A program made the position numbers and the translations under genes. Below the pieces are notes generated by a model. The model saw only the letters and a program-made list of their open reading frames with translations. It made no database searches and was not told where the DNA came from. DNA of 64,000 bases, from the NCBI GenBank assembly GCA_028534125.1, contig CM052817.1, positions 90,274,001 through 90,338,000 on the forward strand, written 5' to 3'. The first letter of the stretch is position 1; each line of letters opens with the position of its first letter. Origin of the DNA: Lama glama. Its lineage: Eukaryota. This document shows, piece by piece, positions 12,236-26,285 of this stretch.

Positions 12236-12530
12236 GTTAAAGCCTGAATTGTGTCCCCACCCCCAAATTCACATGTTGAAGTTCAAAACTCCTGTGTACC
12301 TCAGAACATACTTGTATTTGGAGGTTAAATTAGGTTTGTAATTTTAAGTAGGTAATGCAGGTTAAATGAAGGTATACAGGTGGGCCTTAATCGAATATGA
12401 CTGGTGTGCTTATAAAAAGAGGGGGAGACACCAGGATGTGTGCACACAGAGTAAGCCATGCGAGGACGCAGCAAGGAGGCAGCCACCTGCACGCCAAGGA
12501 GAGAGGCTCAGGAGAAACCAAAACCACTGA
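12236..12530 (+). mobile_element. MLT1A-like MaLR LTR, 3'-truncated
   Basis: 'ctgaattgtgtcccc...aaattcacatgttgaag', 'atatgactggtgtgcttataaaaagag', 'gccaaggagagaggctcaggagaaacca'. Confidence 0.85.
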
Positions 12531-15194
12531 AGTAAGCAACCTCACCTATAATGAGCATATTTTCCAAAAATGCAGAGATACTTGTAAAATGTGATCCTGT
12601 ATTATGTAGAAACTAGAATGTTAGTTTGATGCCAGAGTGCAGACAAAATGAAGGAGATTCTCCTCCCCTTTTATTTAGGAGATAAATGTACAGAAGAAAC
12701 ATTTATATCTGAATGTTAGAGTGTGATCTCTAATTATATTTGCTTGTCAAATGTATTACTACATCTATGAAATCCCAAAGGAAAAGTCTTTATAAGAGTT
12801 ATAGCCACTTAAATAGATCTGCCTAGGCAGGAGATTCAGATAAATGTCTCTTCTCCCACTCTGCACCTCTCTGGGGGCACATGAGACATTAGTTAATGAT
12901 GCTTCGGGTGATCTTGGGTTATCCTGAAAAACTAGGTAGAAAAAAGATTTATATATGTTCTACTTCTCTAACTATCTCACTAAGTGATATTTTGAGTATA
13001 GCAGAAAGAATTTCTTGTTTATAGCAACTTTTCCAAGACTGTCTATCCTTTATTTTCTTCAATATTCACATTACTAGCTCTGATTCATCCTCAGATCCCA
13101 TCATAGAGTAAATATGGTGATACATTTCCCTTAAAAATGAAATTGGTATATTACTCTTTTTTGTTTAAGCTAGTTAAAACAATGATTTTTGACTCTTTAA
13201 TCCAGGAAAGTATATGGTAGGCACAGAATCAGAGTCACTGAGTTGAAGGACAGGTTATATCAACTGTAAGTTGAATTAAATTTGTTTTGGCAACTTGTAC
13301 AGTGTTTAAATTTGAATAGATCCAACTGAGTTTTTAAAGAACAATTTAAAAACATCCCTAAAGCTACTTTCAAGAAATTTTTGTGATTGAGAGAAATAAA
13401 AATAAGAACAATTAAGTTAGCTGAGGTGATTAGATTCTGACAGTTTGTGCAGAATAGGAGTTAGAGCTTATCAAAGGCAGGGTAGATGTAATGTAAAGAA
13501 AAGGAATCAAATATGAAGGTATTAAATTATTTAACAATATTTTACATAGTTTTGCATTAATAAGATTAGGCAATGTTCATAAAGAAATATGGATGTATTT
13601 ACTTAAAAGATAATATTTAAAATATGATTTTAATGAGTCTCTTTTAAGGGTACATGACATGGTTGACAGAAATCTGAATCACTAGCATTCTGATGTTTTA
13701 TCATTTTACGTTACTAAATATCAGGTGCATAAATAATTATCACACATAAATATAGTCTAGTTGTTGAAAATAACTTTTGCACCTTTCTGTCTGGTCTGTA
13801 TCCTACTGGACTTCAAATCTTGTTCTCCAAAGTTCAGCAGTACTTTAATCCAAATCACCTAATAGTCTATATTGTTTGCTCAAAGTTACATTTTTATTTA
13901 AATAAATCCGATAGTTTAATTTTCAGTTACTCATCTGATACTTTATTTTATCTAGAAATATACTGCATATACTTTATTGAATATAAAATGTTCAAATTAT
14001 ATTTTTCCTAAAGCTTGAACGTCATTTTACTATGGATACTGGGAGAATGCAAAAATCAGGACACTTGCCCATTCTTCCCTGCTCATTAGGGAATAAACAT
14101 CACTAGAGGGAACAGGTGTCCTCTCCGTTTCCTCTGCCAGCTTCCTGCCCACTCCCGAGCCCGTGGTTCTATCTGGATTAACTGGGTGCCAGAGGTTGAC
14201 AGGCCCTCTGACATTTGGCTGGAGCACTTTCGTATATGGTTCTGAGAAATGACTGTTAAAAGATCAAAGGTGGGGGGCACCTACCACAACAGACTCTGGG
14301 AAAATGTCCAAAATATATGAAAAATCATGAAGGAGGGAGGCAGTGATACTGCCCTGTTCTGACTCAAGGAAGAAGGCAAATCATTTCAAATGAGCTCATG
14401 AAGGGAGCCATCATCTGGCTACTTGATGCTATGACATGAGGTGAGAAAATAAGATTAACTGCATGCATTACCAATGGAATCAGAAAAGAAAAAATATTCT
14501 GAAATTGTTTATTCCTGCTATGTTGAAATATATATCAAGTTAAAATATGTTCTGAACATATATGTAGGAGCAGTTTAATGAAACTTTTTAATTTTTTTCT
14601 CTATTTTAATAGAATAATTTATTGAAACTGAACCTAATCTGTAAAGATAAGCAGTATTTAAATAGGTAGAAAAAAGATTCATTGAAGGGTCACAGGATCA
14701 AAGGTATAGAGGTGGAACAGGGGTGAAAGTTGGGGGGAGGGCAGCAGTGGTAAGACCCCTCTGGCCAGATGAATGCAGAGTTGGGGGAGTGGTATATAGC
14801 ACCAAACACCAATAGGAATTTAAGTGTTGGAGAACATTTAAAAGTGAAAATATTGAGAAGCAAAGGGCAATGTGTAAAACCCTAACCATGGAGTAAAATG
14901 ATACCAGTGATATTTAGGAAAAGGTAGGCAGACAGCAATATAGTACAGAGAAAGTTGAATAAAGACCAGTTAAGAGTTTGATACAAGAATAACACAATAG
15001 CATATTAGTTTATTTCATTGACTCTTAAACACCCTCTATGGAAACATGCATAATTGTATATTGACTATTCTAGAACCAGGAGAAAATAAACTCTGGCACA
15101 TAATCTATGGCATGCTATTGATTATAAAACACAGTCTGATTTCTAAGATGTTAAAATGTGAAAAAGTGCATCATTTAGCAGATGAATACAATAA

Positions 15195-15415
15195 GATCTA
15201 CTATTTAAGGATTGCTTTTGCTTTTTATGTATCAGAAAGTGTGCTAAATGTTTTATTTACATCAATTCACTCTCAAACAGCCTCTATGAACCCCTAACAT
15301 CATCGGGTATTTTTATAGTCCTGTTTGAAAATTCAGAAAACCAAAGCTTAGAGAAGTTAAGCAACCTTCCCTTGGAGGAGGCAGAGAGGGAATCAGAATG
15401 TGCACTCAAATCATA
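15195..15415 (-). mobile_element. MIR SINE
   Basis: 'gtgtgctaaatgtttta...gaaaaccaaagcttagagaagttaagcaaccttccc'. Confidence 0.7.
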
Positions 15416-15429
15416 CCCAGCATTTTAAA

Positions 15430-16860
15430 AAACAGGTAGGAAATGATGAATGCACAATCATGGACTGGCAAAAGCATTGCGTGTGCTCACATAATTTATA
15501 TCATAGGTAGGAGAGAACTCTATGAAGGACTGAATCTAATGGGTAAAGTAAAAACAAGAATTCATGCTGTTTGCAAAAGTTGAGATACAGGGAAGTACAA
15601 CTAAAGCTGTTATCCTGGCAGTAGTGGGCATATTCCGAAGAGTAACTGGTTTCAGGGAAAATAGTATTTGTTTAGGAAAGGTTGAGTTTCCAATCATGTC
15701 AGGGAAACAAATTTGCATTGCCATTTAGTTTTGCATGTATGGGACTGAAGCAAAGGCGAGAAGCCGGGGAGTGGAGTGTGAACTGGTGCTTGAAGCTCTA
15801 AGAGGACACATCATGTGAGTCTTTAGGGAGAGGAGCAGGAGACACAGAACCAAATTAGAGTATAAACCACATTTATGAATCAAGAGGGAAAGTGCCGGCT
15901 CTGGAGAAGGAGACACCAGCAGAAAAGAGCAGAAGAACAAGAATCATAAGGAGGCTTAAAGATCAAGAGTCTAAAGAGTTCGGGAGATTGAATAAAATAC
16001 AAACTGAGAAAAGGTTATTGAATTTGGGTAGGCAGGTGGTGATATTAAGAGAATAATTTCCATCATAGGGTGTTTTCTGCAGCCAGACACAAGGGATTAA
16101 AACGTAACTGAGTAGAAGCTGTGGCCCAGGTGTAGCTCACACATTTCAGGAACTGGCAATAAAAGGAAGGCAAATAGAATGTTAACATGGAACTCTGTGA
16201 AAAGGAGAAATTTAAAATGTCAGCGAAGCAGGCTTGGGTAACTAGAATGAATCAAATGCAGAACATGTCTGGAAATAGGCTGTAGAGAGGTGTTTGGAGG
16301 TTTGCTGGAGTTCTTCCATTCGCTGCCTAATGTTTTATTAACTGTTCTGAACAGCACTGCCCAAACTGGGGTTCCAAGGACAATTAAAAGCACAATTTCT
16401 GACCTCAAGTTGTTGAAAACCTAGAGAGGAAAACTGAGATGTCAAAGCGCAACTAAACTACAGCAAGTCAAGTGTAGCAGGCACATGAAGCACAGAGGAA
16501 GGGGCCCACCTCAGACTAGGGGGCCGCAAGGTTGCCATGGACGTGAGATCCAGACTTAATTTTAAAACCTACGTGTGTAGAGGGCAGGGGGCAATGAGAA
16601 AAAGCCAACATTTAGAGGTGAGCTTAGCTTTTTTAGAAGGTGCATGTGGAGTGTGGTGTGGGTCTCGAATGAGAGGAGAATGATGATGAGAGATGCAGCT
16701 GAAGAGGTTAGCAAGGGTCATGCCAAGATGGTTCATGTTTAGCTGACATTTAGCTACAGGCTGTTTAATAATCAGGCTGCACACACACAGAAGACACTTG
16801 TGGAAAATCTAAGCTGAGTAGGAATGTACTCTTCATATGATTTAAAAAATCTCAGTAGAT
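15430..16860 (-). mobile_element. L2 LINE fragments
   Basis: Antisense L2 phrases 'aaggttgagtttccaatc', 'actgagaaaaggttattgaatttgg', 'gagatgcagctgaagaggttagcaagggtcatgcca'. Confidence 0.6.
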
Positions 16861-16911
16861 TTTCTGTAAAAGTCTATGTTTAATATTTTTATAAAATGGA
16901 TGGCATATTTA

Positions 16912-17964
16912 CTATAAGTTTCCTGTGACTGCTGTAACAAATTATTATAAATGTAGTGGTTTAAAACAACACAGACTTATAGTCTTACAGTTCCGGAAGT
17001 CAGAGCATGAAATTGGCCTCCCTGGGCTACAGTCAGGGCTGCCCTGCTTTCTGGAGATGCTAGAGGAGAATCCATTTTTTTTGGCCTTCTCCAGCTTTTA
17101 GAGACCACCGACATTATTTTATTTATGGCCCGTTCCTGAATCTACAGAACAAGCAATGTGGGGGTATTACCCCAAAAGGGGAGAGCCTCAGTTCTTGTCT
17201 TGCTCAAAAGAGAAGGATTCAGATGGGAGACAAAAGCATCGTGTAGTTGAAGATTTTAAAGATTTTATTAGTAAAGCAAAAGTACACCTCCAAGAGCGGG
17301 AGGCAAGTTGATCAAAGAGAGAATGGCAGTCCCGGTCTTTCTTTGTCCCTGGTCTTTTACCCTTACTTGGAGGCAGCCTCTTGATTGACAGCTCTCATCC
17401 CTGGAATGCTTAGTCATGCCCGTCCCCCTCTGTGCATGTCCTTACCCATGATGCACACAGAAAACCCACGGGGAAGTGGGGTAAACCGCAGTGTTAATTA
17501 TAATGCAGTGAGCACTGGGTCATGTCTGGTTAGGTCCTTGTCAACACTGTGCAGTTGTGGCCATCCAATCCCAACCAGTTTCTTGCTGCCACTCATTTAG
17601 AGGAAGTAAAGCCCTTTATGTTGAAGGAGGGCTTATCACCATTTTCCAGACCGTCTCCCTCTCCTCTAACTCATCTGCCTGGTGCTCCCACTTATCTAAC
17701 TGCCTAACAAGGGGATTCCTTCTCGTGCTACTACGTCGCTGGTTCTCTCTCTTCCACCTCCCTCTACTACTTATAAAAAAATCTTGTGATTGTGTTGAGC
17801 CCATCTGAGTAACCCAGAATAATCTTCTTATCTCAAGGTCAGCTGATTAACACATTCAATTCCATCTGCAACTTTAATTGCTCTTTGCATTTAACCTAAA
17901 CTATTCATAGTTCCTGGTGATTAAACATGAATATCTTTGGGAGGCCATTACTCTGCCTACCACA
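16912..17964 (-). mobile_element. MLT1C-like MaLR LTR, split by an ERV1 LTR
   Basis: 'gtttcctgtgactgctgtaacaaatta...ttaaaacaacac' at the left; 'ccagaataatcttcttatctcaaggtc...ggaggccattactctgcctaccaca' at the right. Confidence 0.85.
17165..17709 (-). mobile_element. ERV1-class solo LTR nested in MLT1C
   Basis: 545-bp insert with T(A/G)TTA...TAACA termini, minus-strand AATAAA (tttatt at 17264-17269) and near-TSD gggg/aggg. Confidence 0.75.
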
Positions 17965-19429
17965 AATTGGTGTAGAGTCTGACAAAAAGGTCCTTAAGAG
18001 GGACAATGTGTGATGGAGAAGACCAATAATGAACTAACAAGCATTCAATGAATATTTGCTGTGTGCAAAAAATTTTAGTAAGTGTTATATTTTAAAATAT
18101 CAGAAGACATACTATGCTCTTAAAGAGCCAAAGGTAACAAAACATACCAAAGTGAAACAAACTATAAACTAATACAGCAAGTGAAGATAGTGTAGTAAAA
18201 TTTAAATAAGTAAGTATGGAGAACAATTCACTTAATTATTTTTAAAATTAATACAAGTAAGAAATTCTACCCAAAAATGAGTTTCTAAAGAAGGTAAGTT
18301 TGTGTTCTTAAGGAAATAATAGATATGGAATAATAAAGAATAAGGAAAAACATTTCAGGTGGAGGGGTTTTTTTATTTTGTGTGGCCAAGTAACCTATTA
18401 TTGAAGAAAAATGTCACTATGGGGACATTTGATACATATGATGGTATTGATCATTGTATTTTAGAAGATCCACATTTGAAGGCAAAATATCTAAATTCAA
18501 ATTGGGGTGTTGTCAATTGCCCCATTACTTCAGAAAAGTCATTCTCTCCCTTAGAAAAATAATGCATGTTACCTTTCTCTGTTAATGTTATGATCACAGT
18601 ATGAATGTGCCTTGTAAACTTTGGAGTGCTGTGCATGTTGGTTGTGCAGTTTAAGTTACAGTAACTATGATGGGCCTTAATTATTAGATTGAAGAATTAA
18701 GATTCTAATTTATGAAGAACATAAACATACTTTTGATTTTCAAGCTGGGAGTGATGTATAGAGTATTACAGACATTTGCTATAAAACTAAAGGGATTAAA
18801 TCAAGAAGTACAACTTGAAGGCCACATAGAAGTTGATTTAAAAAGAAACGACGGTCTTGACCTGGATGAGGAATCAAGAATTTCACAGATTTGCAACAAA
18901 TGCATTATGATGAAAGGCACTGGAATTGGTAATTGATTTGGCAAGGAATAGGAAGGAGAGCAAGAACATAAAATATAAGATTGTGCATAGAAACAAGAAA
19001 ATGCATTTATTTGAAGGATGGATGAAAAAATAGTAAAAATATTCTATTACAAACTTGGCTAGAATGAGATTATTGTTGAAAATGCAGATTTGGGCATCTT
19101 GGCATATATAATGTGTTGTTTTCTTGGAGAACAATTGAGGAAAAAAGATGAATGGGTGGATGGAATGATGTAGACACATAAGAAGTGGATAATAGCTTTC
19201 TTCTATCATTGTCATTCAACTTATAGTTACTGCCTGGAATGCTGTGAGTAAAAGGGTTCTGTTCAGGCTTAGCAGTATTAAAATTCGTTATCCAGTGTCT
19301 GCCACTGAAATGGTAGCATGTGCATAAATATAGTGTATAGCATCTTTGATACAGATAAGGTTCAGAGATTCGTTATATATGTGTCTATGTTTTTATATAG
19401 CAATTATTATAAGCACTTCTTATGTGCTT

Positions 19430-19560
19430 CCTTGTCTATCTAAATTTTGATTACCAGCTCCTTAAGATCAAGTCTGTGTCTTTTTCTCATATGACCACTG
19501 CTTTGCATAGCATGTCTGTCATATAGCAGGAGCTCAGCAAATGTATAAATCAATTAATTA
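19430..19560 (+). mobile_element. L2 3' end
   Basis: 'agctccttaagatcaagtctgtgtc...catatagcaggagctcagcaaatgt'. Confidence 0.7.
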
Positions 19561-21734
19561 ATTACAATGATTTTCCAAATTTGTCTTATACATTTTTTGC
19601 AAGTAACTGTCTCCTCCATAAATTGGCAGAGGCTATCTTTAATCAGTTTGGCATCACCAGTCATTTATTGCACAATGCTTCACTGTCCTTGGCTCTCAAT
19701 TGAATTGAGGACATAGAACATTTAAAAAAAAAAAAGTCACATAATATACAACCACATGCTTTGTAAATTACCCCCAGACTACAAAATGGGCTTGATATTC
19801 CTTTGACATACTCAAAAGCTGAGTCTTGGAAAACTATACACTATCGTTAAAATGAGAGAAAAAAAAAATCTAGACATCTCCTCCACCTAGGGAATGTCCT
19901 GGCATCTTGGTTGTTATGGGTGATGGGACGGAGGAAGAAAAGAAGCAAAGAAGGAGCAAAGGAAAAAACAAATCAAACCCTTTTGGAACTCACTTTTCCC
20001 CCCTCCTACTTTATATCCAAGCGAAAAAGATTTTACTATTCCCATAGTATAACAAATAAAATTCCTTTTATTAAACTATATTTTTACAATTGTCTGTCAT
20101 AAATTGTTACTGACACTGAATTCACAGTATATATTTTGTATCTCCTCTGAGGCTTTGTTTAAGTCATATTGCTATATGGCCTGAAAATTGGACAGCTGTT
20201 TGATTGGATAACCTGACAGACAAATCTTTGCTTTGCTTTTAAAAAGTCGGACTAGCCAAAGACCATCAGTGAGAGAACTTTGCAAGAAATTCTTTTAGTA
20301 ACCATATGGTGCAACATTTTCTTTGTATTTATCAGTGAGAGGCACCTAATGAAAAAGACAGAATACCTGCTGGAGCCAACAGGACTCTTTCCCAAGGGAA
20401 ATAAAAGAGAACGAAATGATTACTTGAATAAATTTTGAGAAACGCTAGTCTTTTCATTTCCTTCCGTAGGAAATAAACAGAAAATAGCATTTCTAAGATG
20501 CAGTTCTGAATAATGAACTCCAGCGGCCATGCCAAATCCCCAACAAATTGCACAGCTGGCAGGGAAATGCAAAGTAGGGGGCAATGACAGCCTGGGGAGA
20601 AAATCACCACCTTTAGCACCTACAGTTACAGTTACTGAAATAGCACCTTGCCTGGACTCGGAATAGATAACAGCTATGTCACTGTTCCACAAACCTCATT
20701 ATGAAATAAACTGCATACATTTTACTTCACCCAGGTCAGTCTGACAAACGACATCACAGTTCATTCTCAAGTCACATAGTCTCGATATCTTACCAGTCTA
20801 GTTCCTAGGTGTAGGAGGACTCAGAAAGATTAAAAACACTTGTTGCCAGTTCAGTGCCCTCCTTTAACAATAAGCTGCTCCTCTCTGGTCTGTCTGCCTT
20901 TCAGTGATTGTACAGCTCCAGTTCTATTATTGAAGAACGCCTTGAAGAAAATGATACTACTCTACAGTTTATAGCTTCCTTGGCTCCCTTCAGTTTTTTA
21001 AGATAATAACCAAAGGACATAGAGAACATAGTTGAGAGCTTCTTGCTTGGATGCCAGTTAATATCGATAGATCTCTAAGATCAATATTCTCCTGGCCACT
21101 CGTGACCTGAGATGATTTCAAAGGAATTTTTTTTTCTAGATTGATTCTAATTGTCTTAGTATCTTCAGAAACCTTTAGCCTAGGCACTAATGATGGCAAT
21201 TAAGACCTGCAATAGATGGAACTTTCGAGGTTCATTTATCTATGGTTTCTATTGCTTTATTTAGAATTGATTTAGTTTATAATGTAGAAGCACGTACATT
21301 ATTGGCATTATGTTGTCAAAAGATTAACTTTCACAATTTTCATATTTCTACCAGTCCATTTTTGCATATAAACACTTGGTTATCTTACTGTATTTCTTTA
21401 GGTTTCTCAGTTCAAGATGAAATGGATGAAATTGATTTACATGTGTAAGGCAAGGCAACCTAATATAAATAGCTTAATTTAAGCCAATAACTGTTTTTTC
21501 CTGAAAGTATATTGCTAACAAAGTTTATAAAATTATGTAACCCCTTTTTAATCTAAAAATTATAATCTGATACCCTTCATACAGTGTTTGCATTAGGCAA
21601 CTCCCTTGGGAGCAGGCACTACTTAGTATAACAGAAACAGTATATATGCCTTGGTACCACAAAAACTTAGTCTCCACTGCCCAGTCTTTAGAACCACTAA
21701 TTAAAGTGCACAGAGCATTTTAAAATTTTTAGAC

Positions 21735-21906
21735 GTTTAGTACTGAAAATGTGACCTGTGGAACAGCAGCAGGAGCTCTGGGGAGGAAACTTAGAAATGC
21801 AGAATCCTTGGCCCCACCCCAGACCTACTGCATCATTATTTGCATTTTAACAGAATTTCCTAGATGAATTTTATTTAGTAGATTAGAGTTTGAGAGGCAC
21901 TGCTTT
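21735..21906. mobile_element. MER5A hAT-Charlie MITE
   Basis: 'ttagaaatgcagaatccttggccccaccccagacctactg...gtttgagaggcactg'. Confidence 0.85.
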
Positions 21907-22207
21907 AGACATTTTATATTGCGTCATGTTTCCCCAGAGGATGGCAGCCATACTGCTGCCCCTCTTTCCTTTAAACGATGGATGTTTTTGGAAAGAGAAG
22001 ATACTGGCCTCCAAGGAGAGAGGTTCACTGATGGCATGTCACACTGCATAGAATCAATAGCTTATGAACCCAGATCACCATCCAGTGGCTACTGTTTAGT
22101 ATCCTCATTTAATCGCTTCTAGTGGTAGTAATTTTTCCAAAAGCACCACTTTTACTTCCTTTTTTTCCCTCTTTAGACCTTCTTTTTGTCATTATCCCAG
22201 CTGAGCG

Positions 22208-22410
22208 CTTTTTTCTTCAATTGTAGTATAGTCAGTTTACAATGTTGTGTCAGTTTCTTGTATCCAGCATAATATTTCAGTCATATATATACATACATAT
22301 ATTCCTTTTCATATCTTTCATTATGGGTTACTACAAGATATTGAGTATAGTTCCCTGTGCCATACAGAAGACTATTTTTTCAATCTATTTTAATAGATAG
22401 TAGTTAGTAA
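22208..22410 (-). mobile_element. L1 3' end (cetartiodactyl/camelid type)
   Basis: 'ttgtagtatagtcagtttacaatgttgtgtc...caagatattgagtatagttccctgtgc'. Confidence 0.85.
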
Positions 22411-22439
22411 CAATAAGTACCATAGCTCTGGAACAACCT

Positions 22440-23010
22440 GTACATCAGCTAGTGACATTTTGTCTTTTTCTTCTGCTTGTGCCCACCATTCTTGCTGGTA
22501 GAAAAAAAGCACCATTCTAGACCCTGGGTGAGTTGCAGGAATTGTTATATCTAATCCTTTCACATGGTTCTTGTAGGCATCGGCAGTTTCTTCAAGCACT
22601 TGTGCTTATCAGGATTCAGCTGAGGGTCCCACGAGGGACCCTCTCCATACCTGAGTCTTTGTGTGTCTTTCTGTCTCCTGTACTCTGTCTTGTGAACTCT
22701 AGCTGCCTTGGTCTTCCCGGACCTCATTCCATCCCGTCACTCCAGAGAGGCTTCCAGGCTCCAGCTGGGTTCCCCTTCCTGCCGTGTTGCTGGGAACTCT
22801 CTTGCAGCAGTAAACTGAAGCAATTGAGAGACCCTCTTGACTCCCTCTGCCATCCTCAGTTGCTTCTCCTCTTTCAGGGATAATTGGTTTTTGCTGCTTG
22901 ATATCCAGTATCTTAAAAATCACTGCTAGTTGATTTGGTTTTGTTTCCACTATCTGAAGAGGGAGGTATATCCAGTCCGTGTTATTTCATCTTGGCCTGA
23001 AGTAGAAGTC
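22440..23010 (-). mobile_element. Old L1M 5' region fragment
   Basis: Pyrimidine-rich body ending 'catcttggcctgaagtagaagtc', as in antisense L1M 5' ends. Confidence 0.5.
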
Positions 23011-23299
23011 TCATTTTCATCTTGATTTGAAGGTAGCAATCAGTATTAAAATTATATTTGCATAGGGAAATCATTTACATTGGTTCTTTAAAACTTTAGC
23101 TTTTCTTTTAAGGAAAATTGAGAGCCATTGTAGTTTGGAGCATAAGAATGATAAGAAAACATGCGTATTTTAAAAGGAGGAAATTAAGGAATTAGATCTA
23201 TTTTTCTCTGCAGCCTGTACATAGAAAGTGCCCAATAGATGTTTTTGATTCTGTAATCTAGTTAATTACTTGCCTTAGCATCTGACTACAGACTTCTAT

Positions 23300-23575
23300 C
23301 CATTTATTTAATATAAACTTTTAAAGCATCCATTTGAGCTACTATTTACTTGCCTATTATACTACGTCAGACTTCATGCGAGGTAAGTGATTCTTGCTAT
23401 TCCAACTAGTTCTTACAAAAAGTTGGTAAGTATAGTACACTCATTTTTGCAGAAGAGATAAATGAGACTTAGAAAGTTTAAGCATCTTCCCTGAGTTCAC
23501 ACTCTTGGTAATAAAAGTCAAAGTCAAGTTTGTTTGGCTCCAGAATCTGTGCTCTGAGACATCATGCATACTGCC
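23300..23575 (-). mobile_element. MIR SINE
   Basis: 'catttttgcagaagagataaatgagacttagaaagtttaagcatcttccctgagttcacac...tggctccagaatctgtgctct'. Confidence 0.8.
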
Positions 23576-23886
23576 TGCATTCAGGGTGCTGTGTAATAAG
23601 GACCTTCAGAAAATGCAACTTTCCTTTCACCAACTTGTTCTAACTGAAATCTGATTTTCCCCTGAAATCACGTTTGCCCTGAAACCTACCAGTGGGCCCT
23701 GAGGTGGGACAGATCTCTTCCTTGCTCCTTATTGCTACTTCCAGACTATTGTGGTTCCTTTTCCATAAACCCCCCAGGTTCGAAGCTCACTTGCTCTTAT
23801 GGGTGATATCACCTGCTACCTGTCTTTACTGCTATCTCGGTAGGGCTTGGATTACTCCTCCTTACTCCTAGATTTCAGCAACAGAC

Positions 23887-24383
23887 TGTGACGGGATTCA
23901 GGACACACCATCCCAAAATATGGTGCCTTGTTATATTGAATACTTTGAGCTGAGGGAATTTGAGAAATGGCAGGTAGAGGAAGGGCTTTCTGACCCTCTC
24001 TCCTGAAGCAGGTCATAAGACTGATGTGAGAGGTGTCCTCCCTCTCCCAGGAGGAATGCAACATCCTTCTCTCCAAAAAGGGGAGGAGCTGAGGGAAAGG
24101 GAACCAACAGGATTTGCCAAGTTCCCCCAGTTCACTACACTGAGCTGGGACCCTTGGTCCTAGCCCATTGTTCCGTGATTTCTACTCTTCATCAAACCGA
24201 GCATAGAGATGTTCAGATTTAACCATTTATTCAGGTCTTCATTTCCTTATGAAATCTCCCGTTGTGTCACATAAAACTTATTATATTAAATAGATTCGTA
24301 TGCTTTTCTCTTGCTAATCTTTTTTGTAGCAGACACAGTTGAGAACCTAAGACACAGAGGAAAGACAATGTTCCTCCTCTACA
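23887..24383 (+). mobile_element. MER34-like ERV1 solo LTR
   Basis: TG...CA ends; 'caggacacaccatcccaaaatatggtgccttg...ctcctgaagcaggtcataagac...ttcctcctctaca'. Confidence 0.8.
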
Positions 24384-24569
24384 GCTTAGTATAACTCTTC
24401 CTCCTGGCATAATTGTTGGGGATTTCAATATCTATGAAAATATCCTAACTTTTAAAGTTTCTTCTTTTAAAATGTACGCAGCTTCATGTCTTTCCACTGC
24501 TCGAAATTCGACAGTGGCTCTTGATTTCACTTATGTATCATTGTAAAAACTTTAGCTATTATTTTTAAG

Positions 24570-24699
24570 CAGGGTGACCATGTAATTTTTTATCTAAATC
24601 AAAATACTTTGAGGAGTAAAAGAAAGCAATAGACAATTCAGTTGGAAAATAGGCAAAACTCTAACTCTTCTGGACAAACTATGACTTACAGACACCTTA
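24570..24699. mobile_element. MER81-like hAT-Blackjack MITE within an L2 fragment (about 24440-24990)
   Basis: Termini 'cagggtgaccatgtaattt' and 'gacacctta'. Confidence 0.65.
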
Positions 24700-26285
24700 G
24701 CAATGAGGCCCTACACGAGCTGGCTTCTACCATGTTCTCTGTCTTCTAACACTTGCCTCGTCACTCACTCTCCTCATCTGCACTTGGTTCTTTGCTTTTC
24801 CTCAACTACGCTGACAGTTAAGGACTATTCACTGGCTGGTCTTAAACCTGGGGAAAGACCCTCCTTCCCTTCATCAGAATCTCTTGCCAGGTCTTCCTTA
24901 GCAGCTCAATACAAACAGCAAACCCGCCTCAGCTCCGAGAATTGTCCATAGCCCTTACCCTACTTTTTTTTCCCCACACAATACCTATTACCTCAGAGAA
25001 AGAAATTGCTGTTGAATCAAAACCAAAAACTGACTAAAGACATTTTTGTCCTCTAGAGAACTGACGTAATTTTACCTCTAGGGGCTGGTTCTTTGGTTCT
25101 TTGATTTAGAAAAACATAATAATCAATCTCAGTGGAAAATTGCAATTGACCAGTTGTGTCCTTTTGGGCATAGTCAGGTCCAAGGATGAGATGAAGAGGA
25201 TGCTCAATTTCTTTGCATAATAAAGTAAGGAATATTGGATTTCTGTAGGCCATTGACAGTGAAGAGATAGTTGAGAATAGTTTAACAGTAGAAACTTCAG
25301 AAATAACTACAGAGAGGAGTGGCCTAGGTCTTTGGCTAGTAATACATAATACTATATGTTAAGGTTCTCCTTTTCTGTGCTTTTGTTATACAGCTACATT
25401 AGCATTAGTCCCCAAAGTGTTGTATATCCCTTCAGAGAACCACAGTATTTCAGGAACAAATGAAAAAAGTAGGATTCCGTATTGTTAATAAAACAGGCAA
25501 GGAGAAATGGACCATTTGAGCTGTCAGGAAAAATTGTGACTTTAAAATGGACCAAAAAGGACTGGCAGGAGTCCCATCTGGTTGCTCCATCTGGGTGATC
25601 CTTGCCTTTCATGGCTTCGGAGCTATTTTACAGCGCTGTTAGTTGTAGAAAACAGATACTAATACAGACGATTCCTAGTCATAGAAATGTATGTTTGTCG
25701 TGCCCAGTAGCATGCAATTGATTCTTGCCTGTGGCTAGACTAAGTTTTGCATCTTTTTAAAGTGAATTTTAGCATTTCTTTACTGCATACCAATTTTTAA
25801 AATTCTCCTTTGAATAGGTATTAACATCTTACAAGTTCTCTCATTAATTGAGTTAAATATTTGATATATGTTTACTTTATATTTCTAAGAGAACCACAAT
25901 TTTACCTTAAGAAAATATTCTTTAACAGAGCCAAGACTATCAGAAACCAGACTTAGGGAAACATGGGAGTTAATCTGGATTAAGAAGAGAATATGACAAA
26001 AAAATTCCTATATTACTCCAGAATTTATCGTAGAAAGTTTGCCTTTGAAAACATAACAGGAAGACATGGGATTGTAGGGTCTTGTGAGTGAAAAACGGGT
26101 ATTTACGTAGCATTCTATGTTTCATGGTAAACATAAAATGTCTCAGTCCCCTTCCAGGCCACCACAGTTCTTACAACTTTTTTCACTTATGAAATATTTT
26201 AAAATGTTTTATTATTCCTGTTTGTTTTAGTAGTTTTTACTGTGGAAAGTTTTAAAACCTCTAGCTGTTTCACAGTAACCTAGAT

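Noticed and set aside
14086..14290. Minus-strand 64-codon ORF after 'tggtag|', possible terminal exon
   Set aside because: Weak pyrimidine tract, unrecognised peptide and no supporting upstream exons.
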